From NCBI RefSeq assembly GCF_037042905.1, contig NC_087251.1:21640001-21704000 (forward strand): DNA of 64,000 bases, read 5' to 3'. A program made the position numbers and the translations under genes. Within the stretch, counting starts at the first letter, position 1. Every line of letters begins with the position of its first letter. This DNA comes from Lytechinus pictus. Lineage: Eukaryota. Shown piece after piece: positions 1 through 62,127 of this stretch. The notes beneath the pieces are model-generated. The model had not been told where the DNA came from, made no database searches, and saw nothing but the letters and a program-made list of their open reading frames with translations.

Positions 1-139
1 GAAATATTTTTCGACAGTTATATCGTCATTTGCTCAAATGGATCTGTACCAATGTTAAAATGTGGAAAAATCTTTTTACAAATGTATAATTTTACAGGAT
101 TTTTTCTTAAAGTGTAAACTTTTTTTTTGATACGCACTG
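1..139. mobile_element. Right end of non-autonomous Tc1/mariner-type element (same family as 33299-34243)
   Basis: Near-identical to 34146-34243; ends AAGTGTAAACTTTTTTTTGATACGCACTG followed by TA. Confidence 0.85.
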
Positions 140-1964
140 TAGTATAAGGACAAATATTAAAATTGTCTTAACCTTTATTTTGGTCATAAAAGGGCAATTA
201 CATTTCTTTCTACTTGAGAAAAATATTCAATTCATGATTGCATTGAGCACACGTAAAAGAAATCGTAACGTATTGAACCGATGTCTAATTTTAAAATTAA
301 TTATAACGTATACAGCGTCTATTATCAGAATAAAAAATTTGAAGTGTTTCACAGAAGAGAAAAGAGTGACTCGTTGGAACAATCTCAGATTGTATTCTTC
401 TCAGATACCTGTATAAATATTACTTCTGTCTGACACAGAGGTTAGAAAAACTATCAATTGATATACATTTCCCGTATCATATAGCACAGGTGAGATACTC
501 TTACATGCAGTTTATGGAAATGACAGAAGTTGGACAATACCGAAGGATCCATCTTAAAGAGAGACTCCATTTGTGGAAGCAGCCGTGGGCAATAGGAACA
601 ATATCATACCGTGACATTAGACATATTTTCATCCATTTTTCAGTCACTGCGAAATTATTCAGATCATATTTCAGCAGTGAAATGTCGATTTTTCCATCCC
701 CGTGTCTCCTGTCCCCGGGCATGGTTGTATACCTTTGCAAAGAGCAATGTTTGCCGTATCGGTTTCCCACCAATATGAATCGCGCGCGTGGGTGCATCGC
801 TTGACAGCTTAATATTTCCAAACTTCCGTCCCGACATCAGATGATGAAAATATTAGTTCAGGTCTCGTCATCGCGATGCTATCAAGCAACACACTCTCCA
901 AGCGTGATGGGATGTCCGTTTTATTCTATTTAGTCGCTCAAAATGTAGTCTTTTCTCTCTTCCTGGGTGACTGGCGATGGATAGGCAAGACAGGGGAAGA
1001 GGAGAATTTTAAAAGGAGAAAAACCGGCGCGAAAGCGGGTACTCAATTAATATACAGCGTCGGGCGTCCATCGGGCTGGCGCTCCGCTCGTGCCCGTTGA
1101 GACAACTCCCGAATTAGCGACGTCACTTTCTGGTTTTGTTAGGTTTGTTCAATTGATAAGAACTTGTCGTGTTACGGCCATTACTGGGGATGTTTCAATG
1201 TAAAATGTTTAGCGGGTAACATCCTTGTGATGGATGATTGTGTTTACATATTGAGCCTGTCGAGCCACCTTTCCCCCTTTCCCCCAACTGAGGGAATACA
1301 CACAAGCTCGATTGCCCAAAATTGGCACTACGACCCATTTGTCACGTAGCAGCAAATCGAAGCAATTTTGATCGAAGTTTTAATGACATAGGCAAGGATG
1401 ATTAGAAGGTAAAGATACTTCCGTCCATGAAGTAAAGTCATTTTTTGTCCCGTATTTCAATATTGTTCTCGGCCTAGCTTTACATTCTTCCAGCGACTCG
1501 GGAGACAACACGATTTCCTTTGTGACTTTTATCCAGTTCAAGCTGGAATCGAATGCAACATTTAGTATTGATTTAGCTGCGCCAATGATGTCTTCCTCCT
1601 CGTATCCTTTCCATCTTTAAACAAAGCATGGGGTATTTGTACATGATCACAAATTCCATTATCCAGTGTATACAACGTGACGTCTCTTTCTCAATAAAGT
1701 TTATCCTGTAGTCCAGGTAAGTGCACATGGATACCTTGGGATAATCCTTCATGACATCTAATCGGTTTTAGTTTGACAGCTATATAGCCTAACGGAAAAT
1801 AAGATAATAGAGGATGCTAGGAGAAGGCACGGGAACCTTTTATATCCAGAGTTCTACTTTACAATTATAAGAAAATTGAAAGTGTGAAAATGATTCTTTT
1901 GAAAATAACACGTCACAAGGACTGAATTAAGCGAGGGGGCTCTGTAAAACGCAAAGCACATAAA

Positions 1965-2670
1965 ACTCAGATTACACGATCAGCAAACAGTGTGTGTTTT
2001 AAGATTTCATGTTGACTTGGAGATACATTACCATCATTTTCTTCACACATTAAAAAAAGTATATTTTATATACTTGGTTCCCAATGACACGATTCGCGCC
2101 ACGATTGAAACGGTGGTCTTGATCGTGGAGTAATCCTAGTGATCATATTAGATCGTATCAGATCGTATCACATAAAAAAATCAGATTACGCGATCAGCAA
2201 ACGGTGTGTGTTTTAAGATTTTCATGTTAACCTGGGCCCGTATTACAAAGAGTTGCGATTGGTCCGATCAATCGCAACTATGGAAAGTCAACAACGTCAA
2301 CATCTACATACATGTTTGTTCAAATTACTTTCTATATAGAAATGACGTATATTAATACATTAACTGTTTTCTTGAAAAATCAGTACGCTTCTCTTTGTTT
2401 TCAAAAGGCAAATTTCCAAAAGAAAAAATTATGACATTGATGGATTTCCATATACTTGAGATTGATCGGATCAATCGTAACTCTTTGTAAGACAGGGCCC
2501 TGGGGATACATTACAATCATCTTCTTCACACATTTTCAAATAATAGAATGCTTTAAAGAATTGATGTAATACTTGATTCCCATGCAATGTCATGATTCAC
2601 GCCACGATTGAAACGGTGGTCTTAATCGTGGAGTAATCGTAGTGATCTTATCAGATCTTATGAGATCATA
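1965..2670. repeat. Tandem duplication (~200 bp unit): 1965-2170 and 2180-2670, the latter split by a MITE
   Basis: TCAGATTAC(A/G)CGATCAGCAAAC and GCCACGATTGAAACGGTGGTCTT blocks occur twice. Confidence 0.88.
2235..2499. mobile_element. MITE, CTG target duplication (Harbinger-like)
   Basis: TIR GGCCCGTATTACAAAGAGTTGCGATT / AATCGTAACTCTTTGTAAGACAGGGCC; interrupts copy 2 of a tandem duplication; a decayed relative lies at ~11658-11870. Confidence 0.85.
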
Positions 2671-2692
2671 ATCAGTCGTGGCAATCATTCAG

Positions 2693-2807
2693 GGACCCGT
2701 AACAAAAAGCTTAGTAAACATCGTAGAACAGTTTTCTACGATTGATTCCATTGACTACAACGTACAATCAATCGTGAAAATCAAGCGTACGATTGTATTA
2801 CGGGACC
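2693..2807. mobile_element. Short MITE with CAG target duplication (same family as 10288-10424)
   Basis: GGACCCGTAA / TTACGGGACC ends; internal TCGTAGAACA.TTTTCTACGATTGATTCCATTG shared with 10317-10350. Confidence 0.75.
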
Positions 2808-5084
2808 CAGGTCGTAGAAAAAGCATGAACGGTAAAAAAAAAAATCGAGATCAGTTACGAAGGGCAAACCGTGGCGTAATGCAGGACGATGGGAACGAGG
2901 TTCCGCTCCTTCTAATGTGCCTTTCAGATGGTGACGTTAAAGATCGGTCGCAGTTCGCCAGTCCAAAATATTGTGAAAACACTAAACACACTTCGGCCAA
3001 AACACGTATCTTAACAGAAAAATAAAACTAATCATAACATTAATATTAGCAATAACATATGAAAACTTAATAGGAAAGTAGCCAAAATATGAATGACACT
3101 TCGCTCTGACCGGCTTCGTGTTCGCCCGTATCAATTTCATGCATTTCAACATTTAACGACTTTCTCGTTTCAAACCAACAGTCGTTTTTACCACGTTCAT
3201 TTTCTTTCACCAACAATATGAAAGAAAAATACATGAATTATTCCGTTTTATTGTGTCAAGATGGATTCACCTCAAGAAGGAAGTAGATACGTTTGTAATT
3301 AAATAAGGGACCGTTTCATTAAGCACATTAAATCACGATTATGGTAACTTTGAAATTAGCTCACGGTTACTGCCATTGTAACAGGGCTCAGCAGACAATC
3401 ATAATCAAAGTTTCATGGAAGTTAACTGGAAAAGTTACCATAATCGTTAGCAAGTTTGTTACACCCTTTTAACAACTGCACTTCGATCATTACAGTTCAG
3501 TACAGTCAGATTTAATTTCAGCTATACTACAGGCATCAAATTCAATCACCACAGAACGGAAATTCAACATTGTTAGTCTATTTTATTGTCATGGCATACG
3601 GTACTCAGTATTTTCACATGGTGATGTATTTTCTTTTCTAGCTAAAACTTGCAAACATCAAACATGAAAACATTAACATTAAACTGAACGAAGTTTGATA
3701 CCGAAATTCACAAACTATATAGCTTTAATACGTGACACTGAATATTAATTTTGAGTCTTTCTGGCCATCAAACCTGTATACATGTATGCTACAAGATTGG
3801 TGAATGAGTGAAAGACTATGTAGGCGTTTTACAGTATAATCATGGAAATCACTAATACTTAACTACCAAAGTGGTGACACGATTAGCCACGTTATGACAC
3901 GTTGACTCATTTTTACAGCATAAATACCAATGTGTCATTAATATTATCGATTTTATGGCTGCAACTTAATTTCTTACTCGAAGAAGCACTGCGCTTTACC
4001 TGTTACGTCAAGTTTGCAATAAATAAACACAAAGGTCAGTGGTGGCGTATTAACATGAGCTCACGTACACATCATAACATAACATTTACCCTTTAACAAA
4101 CATACTAACATAATTGTTTTATAATGTTCAAAACAAAAAGGCAAAGTTTGAGCACTATCAAAAAATATATGTACTGTACAATAAGAATATCGAACCATGA
4201 TGTATTTTCTGTAAATAATATACGACTAGTCAACGATTTTAAGGTGATAGTGAATTAATTATATTACAATGTAAATAGAATATTCGAAATATCGTTAAGT
4301 CTAGGATAAATTTTTTTTATAAGTAACGATACACAAAAATAGGCAATATAGGCCTGTAAAATTATGTACCCGTTTATAGGTATATTTCATTTTATACAAA
4401 CAATGTAAAAACTGTGGTGTGAAAACTGACACCAGTAGGTGTCTATAGAGGACTACACCCAGAGATGTTAAAATTACACACTAGAGATTGAACATAACAC
4501 CAAAGAGTGTAAATGTAACAACCAAATGTGTTGTAATAACACCTATAGGTCTTAACACTGTCAATGTAACATCGGAGTAAAATAACTGGTGTGGTCCTCT
4601 ATGTACACCCTCTATGTTCCCGTTAATAAATTCGTTACACGATAACGATTCTAATCAGAATCCAAGTAAAATATCAAAGCAGGGATGCCACTATAATTAT
4701 TGATAACAATTAGGAAACATATCTAGAGTTGTCCACATTGTACATAGATATAAATGTCTTCTCCGACACCGGGAATTTATTGGGAAAATCCCTAAATAAT
4801 AATAATCTTGTCTTTAAAAAGGCACCACTGTTCAAAAGACGTATTTCTAGATGTCCGTTTCAAGCAACTTTCTTGCATCATTATCTCAAAATTCTAATAT
4901 TTTTGTAATTTGTTGTTTTGATTTCTGTATATACCGAATTCAAATTATTATCGATCAGCGAAAGAACACGTACAGGAATATGCTAATAGAAAATGCAATT
5001 TTGTTATTGAAAAACATTAGGCCTATACACTGGTACGAAGTGTCAGTTTAAAATGTTCACTGTAGCGGTGTACAAACTCTACAT

Positions 5085-5278
5085 ACTCTTAAAATTGTTG
5101 GGCAACATACTGTCCACACAACAATTGGTTAAAACTTTATCAAATTCTGGGTAGTTTTAAACCAATAATATGTGCTTTGGGTGGAAACTACTCAGTATGG
5201 GTTGAAATCTACTCAGAGTTGGATAAATTTTTAACCAATTGTTGTGTGGACAGTATGTTGCCCAACATTTTTAAGAGT
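5085..5278. mobile_element. Palindromic MITE
   Basis: ACTCTTAAAATTGTTGGGCAACATACTGTCCACACAACAATTGGTTAAAA and its reverse complement form ~60-bp arms. Confidence 0.85.
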
Positions 5279-6372
5279 GCCATGCATGTTACGATCCCGG
5301 CTAGTCTTAATCACAAAAAATGAACAAGCCACAACCCCAAAATATTATAAAGTATATAAAACTCTCTTTCTCCTATAAATTCGTACAAATCAATTTGGAC
5401 AAAAGGGTATATCGCAACTCTTGTATATAATGTTATTTAACTGCACTCATTTTGGATAATTCTGAGTTTTAATTTACGTTTTACCGTATTAAAGATTAGC
5501 TATAGTTGACCACTGCTTAGGGGGGAATGCACTATCAAAACTGCGGGTTTTTTCCACTAAATATGGAAGAAACGCCCTTTTCATTTTGGTCTCTTTCATG
5601 AACTCATCGTTAAATAATAGATGCCGATTTCATTCATACGAAGTGCCTGGGATATCTATTAGAGGTCGGTAAAACTCACACCAACAAAAACTACTTTCTG
5701 CATCCCATAACACCCACCTGCTCTCCCCCTTTCCTGCACAACTTCTATACAGCTTGACACCATTCCGCCAATAATTTCACAAATTAATTATTACCTATGT
5801 CTCATAAATTCCTCCATTTGAAGCACAAACACGCGGGCTGTTCACACAGAGTGGAATAAATGGTCGGAACCGTACAGCTTGTTGATGAGAATTTGGTATC
5901 GTCAGCAACTATTTAAAATTTTTTAGCAAAGCTGTTTAAGCCCGTCTCTTTAACAACTTAAACAACAAATGTTTTCAAAACTTTTAAATACTAATAGTTT
6001 AATGAAGCCGGCCATAATTATGTTGTGGGGGAAGGAATCATTCTAGCGTGAATTTCTATCTTGTCATCGGTGACGTTAACAACGTTTGTTTGAAAACCCG
6101 GGATATAACTTTGTTTTTCCCTTAAAATCTCAATAGTCTACACATTGCCAATAGAAACAGCGTTTTTACAGTGTATTGTAAATATTTAGAGCAAAATATA
6201 GGGTACCAATCAAGATCTGTAAAGGCAGTTAAGAGATTATGAATTAACATCGGGTTGGGATTTATGAGAGATGAGAAGTGGTAATCTAAGTGTATGATAA
6301 CATGCGGCGGGAATATTGGTGTCTGTAATTGATTTTAGAATCATGTATTAATTGCCTGATATTCAGCGCCCC

Positions 6373-6380
6373 TTTATATA
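6373..6380 (-). promoter_or_regulatory. Candidate TATA box of a leftward-transcribed neighbouring gene
   Basis: Minus strand TATATAAAGGGGCGC in a locally GC-richer region; a possible first coding exon lies at 5817-5795. Confidence 0.25.
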
Positions 6381-9300
6381 CCAGGGTCGAGAGTGTGGAT
6401 TGCTGCAAGCAAGTAGATCTTTCAATCACAGCCGAGGTTGCACACCATTATTCTGAAGAAAATGGAAGGAAAGTGGACGGACCTACCTAAAGTTGACAAA
6501 AATGGACGTGGTCGAGAGGAAACGATGGAGGAGAGAAAGGGGTCAATTTGTAAGGAATGGCAAAGAAAGAGTTTCCGGTGGAATGGAAAGATTAACATCT
6601 GCTTGCCCGACAGAGGTGCCGATTCCTAATTCTGTCCGCTTAAACATTTTTCTCTCTCTCCCTCTCTGCACCACTTTAGCAACAATCCTTTACTTTCTGC
6701 CTCAGATATTTATGAGAAAATCCACTAAGAGTGCGGGAAGATCATCAGTCAAACCTGGCGCACTTTAGGGGCATTTTATCCTCTGGGGAAATGCAGTGAA
6801 AGATTGTGCTACTCAATAGCATTTTTTCTCCGTAAATTGGCAGAATGCTATCCAATGAGGTACAGTTCTAAACCATCCTTATTTGAAGAAATACGTTTTC
6901 AAGAAAACGCTTTATGAACAATGTAAATGTTCGCTTTGAGTTTATACTTGGTTTCTTTTACACTTTTCTCTCTTTAACATCTTATAGAAAATGGTTGAAA
7001 CACAGATGGGGAGAAAACATTAAATACATTTTCTTAAGTGAAGACAGTAACAGTAAACGTCTTAAAGTCGGCGAAAACGGCACTAATACACTACAAGCAA
7101 AAAAACAACAACAACGTAACATGGGTAATTCTCTTTCCATTTTATGAGTCCCCATTTCCCATGCAGGGTTATCCCCATTATCATATTAACCATACCAAAT
7201 GAAATGACAACCAGAGATATAAGTAGACAGGAAGTGGTCCCTCACACAAAGGTTAAAAAAAATTGTATTTGAGAAACATATTGACAAAAGAAAAAGACTA
7301 ACTCTCTATCACGCTAATGCCTCTTGAAATTAATTAGTGTTCACAGCGAGTGCCATTTAAGCACAGTCTTAGGTTTGGCGACAACCACGTTCTCAAATCA
7401 GAATAACCTTTATTCAAGATTTGTTTTTATTTAATGCATTCTATTTCTATGGGGGTATGCTGTATTCTCAAGTCTGGTATTTTTGAGGAGACGAGAACAA
7501 ATTAATGAAAAGAAAATAATAGAAAGAATCATATACAATCGTAAGTTTTATGAGAACATAATCACAGAACACTCGGCAGTAATTTCAATTTCATATTGTC
7601 AGGATGCTGCTCAATTTGTTGGCTCTTACTTCCCAAATAATAAAGGTTGTATGAAGTGACCAAGTAAATAATATTTTAACGAGATCAAAAAAAAAATGAT
7701 TTAATGGGGTACTCCATCATCAAAGTGATAACAATAGGATAGAGTAGCTCAAGTAAACACAAAATAAAGTTTAAACGTAATTATATTTTAAAAAAAAATG
7801 AAATTATGGCATCTACGCTTTGTGGTGAAACAATTGGATCAATATAATCATTGAATATGCAACTAGTTCAGCTGATGTTACCATTGCCCCACTTCTTAAG
7901 ACTATTTTATTAGATGAAATTATAATTATTGTAGTTTTGTGCTGCAAGAAAAGAAAAACAATGCAAACTCCAAGTTAATGTATATGTTAATCATTATTGC
8001 TGGAACTTTTGTTAAAAAAGATATTTCATAGAATTTATAAAGAAAAATATATATAGGTAATCAAGATTTTAGAAAAGAACATATTAAGGGACATGGCAGC
8101 ACAAACATCAGCTCATTAATTGCATATTCAAGATACAGAGTTACTCTTTCACCTAAATTTAATCTCATATTGGGTCAACTGTTACATTTCATTTGACTTT
8201 TATAAAATAAATAGCACTAATAATGATCCAAAATAATGAAAGAAGTTAGACAACTTTAAAGCTCAATTTGTATTGATCAATTAAAATTTATTTTTGGGGT
8301 TTCCAACAAGGGGTTTTTCATCAGTGGCATATTAGGATGGGGAGGGGGTACAAGGGGTACATATTAGGAGGGGAGTGGTGCCAGGGGTACATATTAAGAG
8401 GGGGAGGGGTACATGGCCCACACGCCATTTTCAGGAAGAACAAAGAAAATAAAAATAAAGGGGGAGGGAATGGCCTAAATCGGATACAGTTGTGTCATAA
8501 AGGATGATACTGACATTGATATATGAAACATTATATCCTGGAATTGATATTTCTATGTTAGAACCATCTACTTGTATTACAAAATCAATTTGAAAGCTTG
8601 GTCCATCAAAGTTCATTAAGGTGATGTATAATACATGTATAAATAACAAATTCTATACAGGAAAAAAGAGGGAGGAAGAAAATTGTTATCTTTGGTCTTA
8701 TAGGATGGGGATAATGACAGCTGATAATGGAATCATTGCCATTTGCAATAATTGTTTATATATATATATATATATAATTGCAGCTTGAGGTGATTTGTAG
8801 AAAGATTCGACTTCAGTCATGTATTAAATGACATTAGAAAATTCAATCACCACTGCTATTAGTAATTCTATCAGATTCCATAAAATGAATTACAAGGTCA
8901 TATAAATGACACCAACATGAATACAGCAGGCTACAACAGATGATTAATGATAAGTGATTGCAAGGGTATATATTAAAAACCATAGAATCTATTGAATTCT
9001 GCAAAATGTAAAATAAACGATGGTTGAAACTTAGCAACACATAATCTATAATATTATCTCATTTCATATTGTATTGGTCTCGAGAGATAATATACTGGAA
9101 CATAGCTATTTAAAAGGTTTTGATGTTATCAGACAAAAGGGGGAAAAAAGGGAAGATGAATTTACAAAGGTTTCTGTATTCAATGTCACAATATCATCAG
9201 CACAATAACCATTAATGAACAAAAGTCAACCGCTTCATCTATGACATAGTTTTTGTAATTATAAAATATTTCTTAGATTTGATTTCAATTAAACTACTTA

Positions 9301-10287
9301 GATTATACAGGATTTTAATAAAACTACTTTCTGGCAGGGTACTTCCTCTTCTTTGCAAAATGAACTAACACAAGAGATGAGTCATGAACATACATCCAAA
9401 GTTCATGACCTACGTAGTCCATGGCAACTCTTGATATCAATTAAATCTTTTAACACAAAGATGATTTTACTACATTCAAACTGATTTTTCATGGTTAATT
9501 GCCCTCTAATCCCCTTTACAGATTTTACTCTACTTAACTAAAGCTTGTTTTCAAAGCGACTACTTTTAACCTGTCGGCTACAAAAATTGCATAATTTTAT
9601 TGGCCAATACATTTTCTCACATTTTCCATAAAAAGGGTTGGGCTTCGGGGAATGCAATGTTTGTTTTAATGTCTTATGTGGAAATGGTAAGTTTATGATT
9701 CTTAGCAATATTTTTAAATGAGGCATTACGTGTACAAAATCAATATTGCTGTTGGGAAAATAATAGGTGTCAGAATGTCAGTATTTGTAAGAGGAAAAAG
9801 CCCCATGGCACAACATATTCTCCCTTTTTTTCAGTATTAAAGGATATTCTGATACTATGATAAGAAGTGACCAGTTACATGTACTATTCATTACAAATAT
9901 CAAAAATAAGTTAGCACACATAATACATCAGAGAAAACAAATAATGTCCATAACAACCAATCTGAACTCATAATATTGCACTTTTCAACACGGACTTGCA
10001 CATGCATTATAGGCACGTAGGAATAAATAACAAGTCCACAGTGTAAATATGTATATTACAAATGCATAATGAATTCATGTATTCCCATTTGGATACATGT
10101 AGGATAGATAATTATATGTACAATATATTTACTATTCATTTATTAGTATTCCTGCATGACTGAGCCAGCTCTAATATTTACCATTTACATTTCAATTACA
10201 CAATAACTGTTTTCAATATAAAATAGACAATATCATTATTTTCATAACGCTACTTCTCCCTTTTATTAATCCCCACATGAACCCCAG

Positions 10288-10424
10288 TGGCCCATAACAC
10301 AAAGCTTAGCAATGATCGTAGAACATTTTTCTACGATTGATTCCATTGGCTATAATGTACAATCAATTGTAGAAATCAAGCATACGATTTATCCCTAATC
10401 GATTAATCGCTTGTGTTCAGGAAC
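10288..10424. mobile_element. Short MITE, CAG flanks
   Basis: High similarity to 2693-2807. Confidence 0.7.
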
Positions 10425-11873
10425 CAGATCAGGTTAAAAAAAAAATTCTCATATGGTTTGAAAGAGAGTGTATTTTTCATGTGTTTTTTAATGATGAAAA
10501 TACTAAGTGAAGGCAAGATTAGAAGATATACAGAACAAGAGTAGAAGCAAATAAAATCTAATATTTAGGCCCTGGTTTGTTCTAAACTTTATATATTTAT
10601 CACATGACACCTTAAGGTGCAATGTAATATTAAATGTCTTCACGAGCACACTAATAACTTGGTCTGAATCCTACGATCCATTTTAGTCTTAGTATACAAA
10701 AAATCTGTTCTGACACAGAGCAATAGACAATCTCCTTTTCATTATAACACTTAAAATACAAATGTTATTTTTTAATTAACAATTAATGTGTGTATTTTTT
10801 CATCATCAATTTCAAATGTACTTACACAGTAACATTAGAGAGTTTTAGATTTCTCATCCATAATATGGAATCATTTGCTAAGGGGGAACTCAGCAATTCT
10901 ACGCATGTGCGAGGTAGTGCATCCCAAGTAGCCAATCATTTCACAACTGTTCTCTGGCAATTAGACGTGTTCGTTGAATTTGCAGCTTGGCAAGCTTGAC
11001 TGCACAAATTCAAACATCACATATGATTTGTAAAGAGATGGATGGATGTAGACTACTGTGTGTTGTCTTCATGGATCAGCTATTTTGACAAAATTTCCCA
11101 TGCGATCAAAATATGATTGCATTATACCCAGTGTCGACAAATCATGGCACTATTTTACTTGAAGTATTTTGTAGGGTAGCGTTGCATCACTTCATATGAA
11201 ATCTAAAGCAAGATATTTGCAACATGGAAGAAGGGAAATGCAATGTACATCTCAGTGAATGATACAGAAACTATCAGTGATAACATAACTTGCCCTCAAA
11301 ATCATAGCTCAACACAAGCTTGAATATTATATTGAATCTCAGTGAAGTTATTTGTTTGGCAGTGAAGTCCCTTCAAGAGATTTTCAAGATGGTATGTGAG
11401 GTAAACGTGCAGCAGTGACGATTGTTCCTAAAATTGCCTATAAAACTTTTGCCACGAGAGATCAGGGTCTCTTTAATACTACAACTTGTGATCAATTTCA
11501 AATGTCAAATAATGATTGTGATTTGTTGAAAGTGGGTATGGTGAATGAAATGTTCTTAATTGGTCACTGTCACTTTGCTATTTGTTACAAACCTTCCTAC
11601 AAAACTGACCAGGTAAACAATCATATCTTGGAAGGCAATACAATGAGGGTTCTCCAGGGACCCATCTTATAAAGAGTTACAATTGATTTTAATCATCAAT
11701 GTCAACTACTGATAGCCAGCAACACAATGCAAAAGTATACAATGTACTTTCATAATAAATAACAAACATAAGTACACTCCAGATGCTGAATTGTCGCTCT
11801 GGTGGATTTTCAGAGTTGAGACTGATCTAAAGCAATTGCACCTCTTCCAGGGCTCTTTGCATACATAGCCCAG

Positions 11874-12038
11874 GTGGGTGTTTCATAAAGCAGTTTGTAA
11901 TTTAAAAGCGACTTTAAGAACGACTGGTGAACCTTTATTTCGCGCTAAATAATCACCAATGAATATCTAATGGTGAAAGGATCACCAGTCGTTCCTAAAG
12001 TCGCTCTAAACCTACGAACAGCTTTATGAAACGGCCCC
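11874..12038. mobile_element. Palindromic MITE, CWG flanks, in probable 3' UTR
   Basis: GTTTCATAAAGC...AGCGACTTTAAGAACGACTGGTGA / TCACCAGTCGTTCCTAAAGTCGCT...GCTTTATGAAAC. Confidence 0.8.
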
Positions 12039-13226
12039 CTGAAATACAGCTCGAAATTTAGCCTAGACAGTCACTTTAAAGCTAGCCCCTCTTTTCATAT
12101 TTCCTCATGATAGTCTGGAAGAGAAGCTGTAGTTGGCATATCCATCATTCAAGAAATAGTTCATAATGACTTACAGAGGATTGTCAGTCTTTCTGTGTTC
12201 TTCATTGAGCAAAATGTTTTCTCCGAAACTAATGGCAGTAAAGGAAGTGGGTGGGTGATGGGTGCTGTTGAGTCTGTCTTGGTGTCCCATTTCTTGTTCT
12301 CTTGAATTCTAAATTGAAGTGGTCTTACGGGTGGCTCATCTTGAAGAAGATTCCTATTAGGTATGAATGCCATTTGATATTTCTGATAGCTGTGAGGGCA
12401 GATGGTGGAAAGCGGTGGTTGATCCCATCAGAGCCATCTCTGTGTTTCTGACTATTCCTTTTGTCAGAGTAGTTTCCTGAGTTGGCTAATCTAGGTGAAG
12501 ACAACCTCTTCGTATTGTTATATACCATGCTAGGAGATCGGTGCAAGTGTTGGAAGAAGGCAAGGATAGACAATGCTACCTTGTTTCTCTGGGTTCATTT
12601 CTAAAGCTTTAATTGACTCTATGAATTTATGTGAACCGAGGTGCTGACACTGTGGATGATAGTCACTTGGAATGACTGCAAAGTCAGCAAGGAATGATGC
12701 TGCCAGACGTGGAAGCAGTGGTCATGATAATGGTGGATGCTGTAAGATCCTAATTTCTAGTTGTTCACAGGACTCTCTTGAGAATTCTCTGAGGTTATGT
12801 TCTCTAATTTTGCCTAACCTGATGAGAATTGTCTCTTGGTGTGACTACAAAGTCTGATAGGATTGATGCTGCCAGAATTGGAAGTAGTGGACATAGCGAT
12901 GAGGATGCTGTAAGATTCTCATTTCTTCACAGGACTCTCTCAACATTCGCTCTTGAAGCCATCCCTGGTGATGATCATCTCTTGGTACTACTACAAAGTC
13001 AGCTAGGACTGATGCTGCAGGAGTTTAAAGCAGCTCCCGTAGTGCTGGTGGATGCTCAAGATCCTTATTAATAGTCGTTCACAGGAGTCTCTAGAGACGT
13101 GTTCTCTGAAGTAGTCGACCATGGTGAGGATGAACACTGTCTCTTGGTACGACTGCAATGTCTACTAGGATTGATGCTGCCTGAGTTTGAAGCAGTGGTC
13201 ATGGTGCAAGTAGATGCTGTAGTTCC

Positions 13227-62127
<48,901 letters not shown>

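Noticed and set aside
490..821. Overlapping 104/106-aa ORFs
   Set aside because: No recognisable domain or convincing exon structure.
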